Assembly (NCBI GenBank): GCA_038893355.1
Contig: JAWARQ010000001.1
Coordinates: 64,001-128,000, forward strand
DNA: 64,000 bases
Reading direction: 5' to 3'
Origin: Sulfolobaceae archaeon
GTDB taxonomy: Archaea > Thermoproteota > Thermoprotei_A > Sulfolobales > Sulfolobaceae
Shown here: one piece after another, positions 59,642 through 64,000 of the stretch
How positions within the stretch are numbered: position 1 is the first letter of the stretch
Layout: every line of letters starts with the position of its first letter
Made by a program: the position numbers and the translations under genes
The notes under the pieces: generated by a model
Told to the model about the DNA's origin: nothing
Seen by the model: only the letters and a program-made list of their open reading frames with translations
Databases searched by the model: none

Positions 59642-60622
59642 ATGAAAGAGGGGACACTATATTCTAGTTTTAGTATATTAATATCGGATCCAATAGATAA
59701 TACAGTAATTAATAAATTAATACAGAAAGGATTCCAAGTTAATTATAATCCTACAATTACTAGAAATGAAATTTTAGAAATAATTGAAAATTACGATATA
59801 CTAATAGTTAGAAGTAGGACGAAGGTAGATAAAGAAGTAATAGAGAGGGGAAAAAGATTAAAAATAATAGCTAGGGCTGGAGTAGGGTTAGATAATATCG
59901 ATGTAGATGAGGCCGTTAAGAGAGGGATTAAGGTAATTTACGCCCCTGGAGCCTCTACAGATTCTGTGGCGGAATTAACTATTGGGCTAATGATAATAGC
60001 GGCTAGGAATTTATATAATTCTATAACTTTTACAAAAAACGGAATATTTAAAAAAGTTGAAGGTTTTGAGCTAAAAAATAAAATATTAGGGATAGTAGGA
60101 TTAGGTAGAATAGGCACGAGAGTAGCTCAGATAGCAAAGGCATTAGGAATGAGGATAGTAGCATATGATATAATAGATGTTTCAAGTAAAGCAAGAGAAT
60201 TAGAAATTTCAATTACAAATTCTTTAGATGAGTTATTAAGTATTTCTGATATTATATCTTTACATGCTAGTGTTACTAATAAAAAATCTATACCAATAAT
60301 ATCTGAGAGAGAGTTTAAAATTATGAAAGATGGAGTTATTATAATAAATACAAGCAGAGCATCTCTAATAGATGGCAAGGCTCTATTACGTTATTTAGAA
60401 CTAGGTAAAGTAGGGTTTTATGCAGCTGATGTTATGTGGAATGAGCCACCTAAAGAAGATTGGGAATTAAAGATTATATCCCACGATAGGGTAATAATTA
60501 CCCCACATATAGGTGCTCAAACTAAAGAAGCACAAAAGAGAATAGGTGAAGCGATATTTGAAAATATAATTAAGGCAGTTGAGGAGATAAGGAATGTTAT
60601 TATTAATACCGGGTCCAGTTAA
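59642..60622 (+). CDS. serA: D-3-phosphoglycerate dehydrogenase
   Basis: RAGVGLDNID, GLGRIG and TPHIGAQT. Confidence 0.85.
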   Translation: MKEGTLYSSFSILISDPIDNTVINKLIQKGFQVNYNPTITRNEILEIIENYDILIVRSRTKVDKEVIERGKRLKIIARAGVGLDNIDVDEAVKRGIKVIYAPGASTDSVAELTIGLMIIAARNLYNSITFTKNGIFKKVEGFELKNKILGIVGLGRIGTRVAQIAKALGMRIVAYDIIDVSSKARELEISITNSLDELLSISDIISLHASVTNKKSIPIISEREFKIMKDGVIIINTSRASLIDGKALLRYLELGKVGFYAADVMWNEPPKEDWELKIISHDRVIITPHIGAQTKEAQKRIGEAIFENIIKAVEEIRNVIINTGSS

Positions 60623-61724
60623 TGTACCAACATCAGTTTTAGAATATTCTAAGATTGTAGTAAATCATAGATCAGAGGAATTTAAAAAAGTTGTGAAGGA
60701 GCTAGAAGACAATTTAGTTAAAATTCTAGGTGCAGAAAGAGTTGGTTTACTCTCGGGATCTGGAACCTTAGCAGTAGAAGCCATGGTTTATTCTCTGACG
60801 AAAAGGGGACAGAAAGTAATAGGAATTAGTTATGGTGATTTTGGAGATAGAATGATAGAATCTATGAAGAGAAGAGGATTGAAAGTTGTTGAACTTAGAA
60901 AAAAGATGGGGGAGGATATAAATTTAGAAGAGGTTAAAAAGGTAATAGACGAGAATAAGGATGCAGAATTATTAGCATTAGTACATAATGAGACTAGTAC
61001 TGGTATTGCATTAAGAAATTTAAGAGAGTTTGTTAATATAGGAAAGAGAAATGGTTTAGGAGTACTAGTTGATTCTGTTTCGGGAATGTTTGCTTATGAA
61101 ATTCTTATAAATAAGTGGAAAGTTGATGCTGTGGCTTCTGCTAGTCAAAAGGCTCTAGCTTCTATTCCAGGTTTAGCAATAATTGCAGTGTCGGATGAAG
61201 GATTAAATAGACTTAATAATTACGATGTACCAACTTATCTTGATCTAAAGCTGCATTTGGATTTTCAAATTAGAAATGAAACTCCATTTACACCTAATAT
61301 TTCTGCGTTTTATGCTACGTATAGGGCAGTAGAGTTATTATTATTAGAAGGTATCAATAGAAGAATAAGAAGGCATGAGAGCTGCTCAAGATTGTTAAGA
61401 AAAATTCTAGAGAAATTTAATTTCAGTCTGCTTGGTAACGAGAATAATTTCTCAAATACTGTTGTTGCGGCATTTCCTTATAAATACTCGCCTAGTGAAT
61501 TAATACTTAAACTTAGAGAGTTTAATATCGAGATTGCTAAAGGAATGGGAGAATTAAGAGAAAAAATTGTAAGATTTGGAGTTCTTGGAATGATAGATTA
61601 TAGAGCATTAACTTATCTCAAGAATAGCCTTGAGAAGATATATGATAAAAAGATTGATGAAATAGAAATTTATGGGGAATGTAAATTACCTGAAGAACTT
61701 GAGAAGGAAGTTATCTGGAATTAA
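60594..61724 (+). CDS. Class V PLP aminotransferase (serine-pyruvate/phosphoserine type)
   Basis: IPGP, HNETSTG, DSVS and ASQKAL. Confidence 0.88.
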   Translation: MLLLIPGPVNVPTSVLEYSKIVVNHRSEEFKKVVKELEDNLVKILGAERVGLLSGSGTLAVEAMVYSLTKRGQKVIGISYGDFGDRMIESMKRRGLKVVELRKKMGEDINLEEVKKVIDENKDAELLALVHNETSTGIALRNLREFVNIGKRNGLGVLVDSVSGMFAYEILINKWKVDAVASASQKALASIPGLAIIAVSDEGLNRLNNYDVPTYLDLKLHLDFQIRNETPFTPNISAFYATYRAVELLLLEGINRRIRRHESCSRLLRKILEKFNFSLLGNENNFSNTVVAAFPYKYSPSELILKLREFNIEIAKGMGELREKIVRFGVLGMIDYRALTYLKNSLEKIYDKKIDEIEIYGECKLPEELEKEVIWN

Positions 61725-61944
61725 CTTAAGAAAAAGAAATTTATTATTTAACAATTATAAAATTCTTAAAATATACTTTATTAATTTAAATAGATATATT
61801 TAATCTTTTATATATAAAGAACTATTTTATTAATTTGTTTATTATTAATAATAATACCTAGTAAATTCTAAGTTAATGGAGGATGCGAATCTAACGTTAA
61901 TGTTTAAGATTAGCTTTTTCTAGTCACTTAATGAATATCTTTTA

Positions 61945-62223
61945 ATGTCAGAGAGAAGTAAAGCTGAAGAAGTATATAATCCTTCTTATGTCGAAGCCTG
62001 GTCTAATAGATTAACTCGCTATGAAAGGGCTAGAATAATAAGTGCAAGGGCTTTACAATTAGCAATGGGTGCCCCGCCGTTAATAGATTTAAGTAAATAT
62101 AATGGTCCACTCGATCCTATAAGTATAGCAGAGGAAGAGTTAAAGTTAAAGGTATTACCAATTACTATAAGGAGACGTTTTCCTAATGGCATAGTCAAAA
62201 AGATATCAATAATGGAGAGATAG
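61945..62223 (+). CDS. rpoK: RNA polymerase subunit Rpo6 (K)
   Basis: [22 protein letters not shown]. Confidence 0.96.
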   Translation: MSERSKAEEVYNPSYVEAWSNRLTRYERARIISARALQLAMGAPPLIDLSKYNGPLDPISIAEEELKLKVLPITIRRRFPNGIVKKISIMER

Positions 62224-62225
62224 TA

Positions 62226-64000
62226 TTGTCTCTCTGTAATCTTAATTTTCCATATGTTTTAATAATTGCAGAAAAACCAAAGGCAGCGAAGAAGATTGCT
62301 GAGGCTTTAAGCGAAAATCCTAAGGTTTGTGTAAAAAATAAAGTCTCATTTTGGGTTTTTACGATTAATAATACAAAATATGTAGTAGCACCTACAGTAG
62401 GTCATTTATTTACATTAAGTGGTAATGGAGGATTTCCAGTATTTGAAGCCGAATGGAAACCAATATGGGTAGAAGATAAAAAAGCTAATTTTGCAAAAAA
62501 ATATTATACTTTATTAAGTGAACTATCTCGAAAAGCGGAGTTATTTATAAATGCATGTGATTATGATATAGAAGGTTCTGTAATAGGTTATTTAATTATA
62601 TTATTTTTTGGAGATATTAAAAAAGCAAAAAGAATGAAATTCTCATCTTTAACGAAATATGAAATATTAAATTCTTTTAAAAATTTATCTGAACTTGACT
62701 ACAATATGATAAATGCAGGCTTGCTTAGACATAAAGTAGATTGGTTATGGGGTATTAACGTAAGTAGGGCTCTAATGAAAGCAATCTATGATGTAGTAGG
62801 TAAAAAAGTTGTATTAAGCGCAGGAAGGGTTCAAAGCCCTACACTTATAAATATAGTTAATAAAGAAAATGAAAGATTATTATTTACTCCAGAACCTAAG
62901 TTTAAGCTATTATTAACTATAGAATTTAAAAATAAATTAATAAAAATATATTTAAGTAAATTATTCGATAATATTAATGATTTAAATAAATTAATAAAAA
63001 ATATAATTGGGAAAAAAGCAATAGTTAAAAAAGTTATAGAAAGAGAGTTAGTTGTTGAAAGACCACCCCCTTTTAATTTAGGCGATTTACAAGCAGAAGC
63101 TGGGCGAATTTTAAATATTTCTCCATATAAGACTGAAAGAATAGCAGAAGAATTGTATCTTGAAGGCTTAATAAGTTATCCTAGGACAAATAGTCAACAG
63201 CTACCATCTAGTATAAATTTAAATGAGATTATAAGAGAATTATCAAAAGGACCTTACTCTAAATTAATAAAGTTATTAAATTCTCTAGTAATAAGTAATA
63301 AATATGTACCTAAGCAGGGAAGTAAAACCGATCCAGCACATCCTGCAATACATCCAACTGGTATATCGCCTAAAAGAAATTTATCTACTACAGTGAGAAA
63401 GGTCTATGAATTAATTCTGAGAAGGTTTTTGGCAAGTATTTCCAGAGATGCGATAAAAGAAGTTAAAACGTATATTATAGAGGTTGAGGGTTTAAACGAA
63501 AAAATTCAACTTACGTCATCTAGAATAGTAGAAAAAGGGTGGCTATTATTGTATCCTTACACAAATATATCAGAAGAAGGTAAGGATTATGATCTTAAGG
63601 AAGGTGAAGAGGGAAAGGTAATTAGTGCTAAAGCTATTCTGAATACCTCTAGACCGTCCAGCAGATATACTAAGGTATCGCTCTTAAAATGGATGGAGGA
63701 TGTAGAAATAGGTACAGAATCTACAAGGGCAAAAATTATTGAAACATTATTTAAAAGGGGATATGTAAGAAATATCAGAGGTTATATAGTACCTACTAAG
63801 TTAGGAATTATAGTTGCTAATATTCTAGAAAAATACTTTAAGGATTTAACAGATGTCAGTTTGACTTCAGAACTTGACAAGAAGTTAAAGGAGGTTCAAA
63901 TTGGCAAAAAAAGTAGTGATGAAGTTTGGAGATATTATTTAAATAAGATAAATGAATATATTTATAAATTTAATAATAATAAGAATGATATAGGAATAAA
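62226..64000 (+). CDS. topA: Type IA DNA topoisomerase (3'-truncated by window; absent from the ORF track)
   Basis: TTG at 62226 opens MSLCNLNFPYVLIIAEKPK..GHL..ACDYDIEG..SAGRVQSPTL..ISYPRT..AHPAIHPT, open to the window end. Confidence 0.93.
   Translation, partial: MSLCNLNFPYVLIIAEKPKAAKKIAEALSENPKVCVKNKVSFWVFTINNTKYVVAPTVGHLFTLSGNGGFPVFEAEWKPIWVEDKKANFAKKYYTLLSELSRKAELFINACDYDIEGSVIGYLIILFFGDIKKAKRMKFSSLTKYEILNSFKNLSELDYNMINAGLLRHKVDWLWGINVSRALMKAIYDVVGKKVVLSAGRVQSPTLINIVNKENERLLFTPEPKFKLLLTIEFKNKLIKIYLSKLFDNINDLNKLIKNIIGKKAIVKKVIERELVVERPPPFNLGDLQAEAGRILNISPYKTERIAEELYLEGLISYPRTNSQQLPSSINLNEIIRELSKGPYSKLIKLLNSLVISNKYVPKQGSKTDPAHPAIHPTGISPKRNLSTTVRKVYELILRRFLASISRDAIKEVKTYIIEVEGLNEKIQLTSSRIVEKGWLLLYPYTNISEEGKDYDLKEGEEGKVISAKAILNTSRPSSRYTKVSLLKWMEDVEIGTESTRAKIIETLFKRGYVRNIRGYIVPTKLGIIVANILEKYFKDLTDVSLTSELDKKLKEVQIGKKSSDEVWRYYLNKINEYIYKFNNNKNDIGI

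Noticed and set aside
59632-59690. Searched serA (and argF) 5' regions for a cognate-codon uORF like trp/thr
   Set aside because: The serA SD leads straight into the in-frame ATG and argF shows no SD-led uORF, so the leader design is not universal in this window.

Overview
This is an AT-rich, gene-dense core-chromosome segment from a Sulfolobales (Thermoproteota) archaeon. Lineage markers include Rpo8, SmAP3, a TFB3-like factor, WhiP, an ESCRT-III/CdvB paralogue, thermosome alpha and beta, and the trpBADFEGC gene order. It holds about 65 housekeeping CDSs and three tRNAs (Ile2-CAT, Val-GAC, Arg-GCG). It also holds a decayed tnpB-only IS200/IS605 element, two SSV-type integrase N-terminal scars at tRNA 3' ends, and one candidate C/D-box sRNA. 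No CRISPR array or rRNA gene was seen. The most interesting signal is in the trp and thr(-lysC-asd) operon leaders. Each has a Shine-Dalgarno (SD)-led four-codon ORF containing the operon's own amino-acid codon, and a -1 slip at that codon enters the first gene's frame, which suggests a hungry-codon frameshift switch. Other signals: an 89-bp identical tract shared by the two ABCE1 NBDs; several short exact repeats at non-triplet periods inside intact genes; an unannotated 34-aa Glu-rich peptide gene upstream of ABCE1; three 16-19 bp iteron-like repeats inside whiP; apparent ATA starts for trpE and trm56; and an IS insertion that leaves the aCPSF1 C-terminus unchanged. All homology calls come from recognised motifs and remembered synteny, not from database searches.
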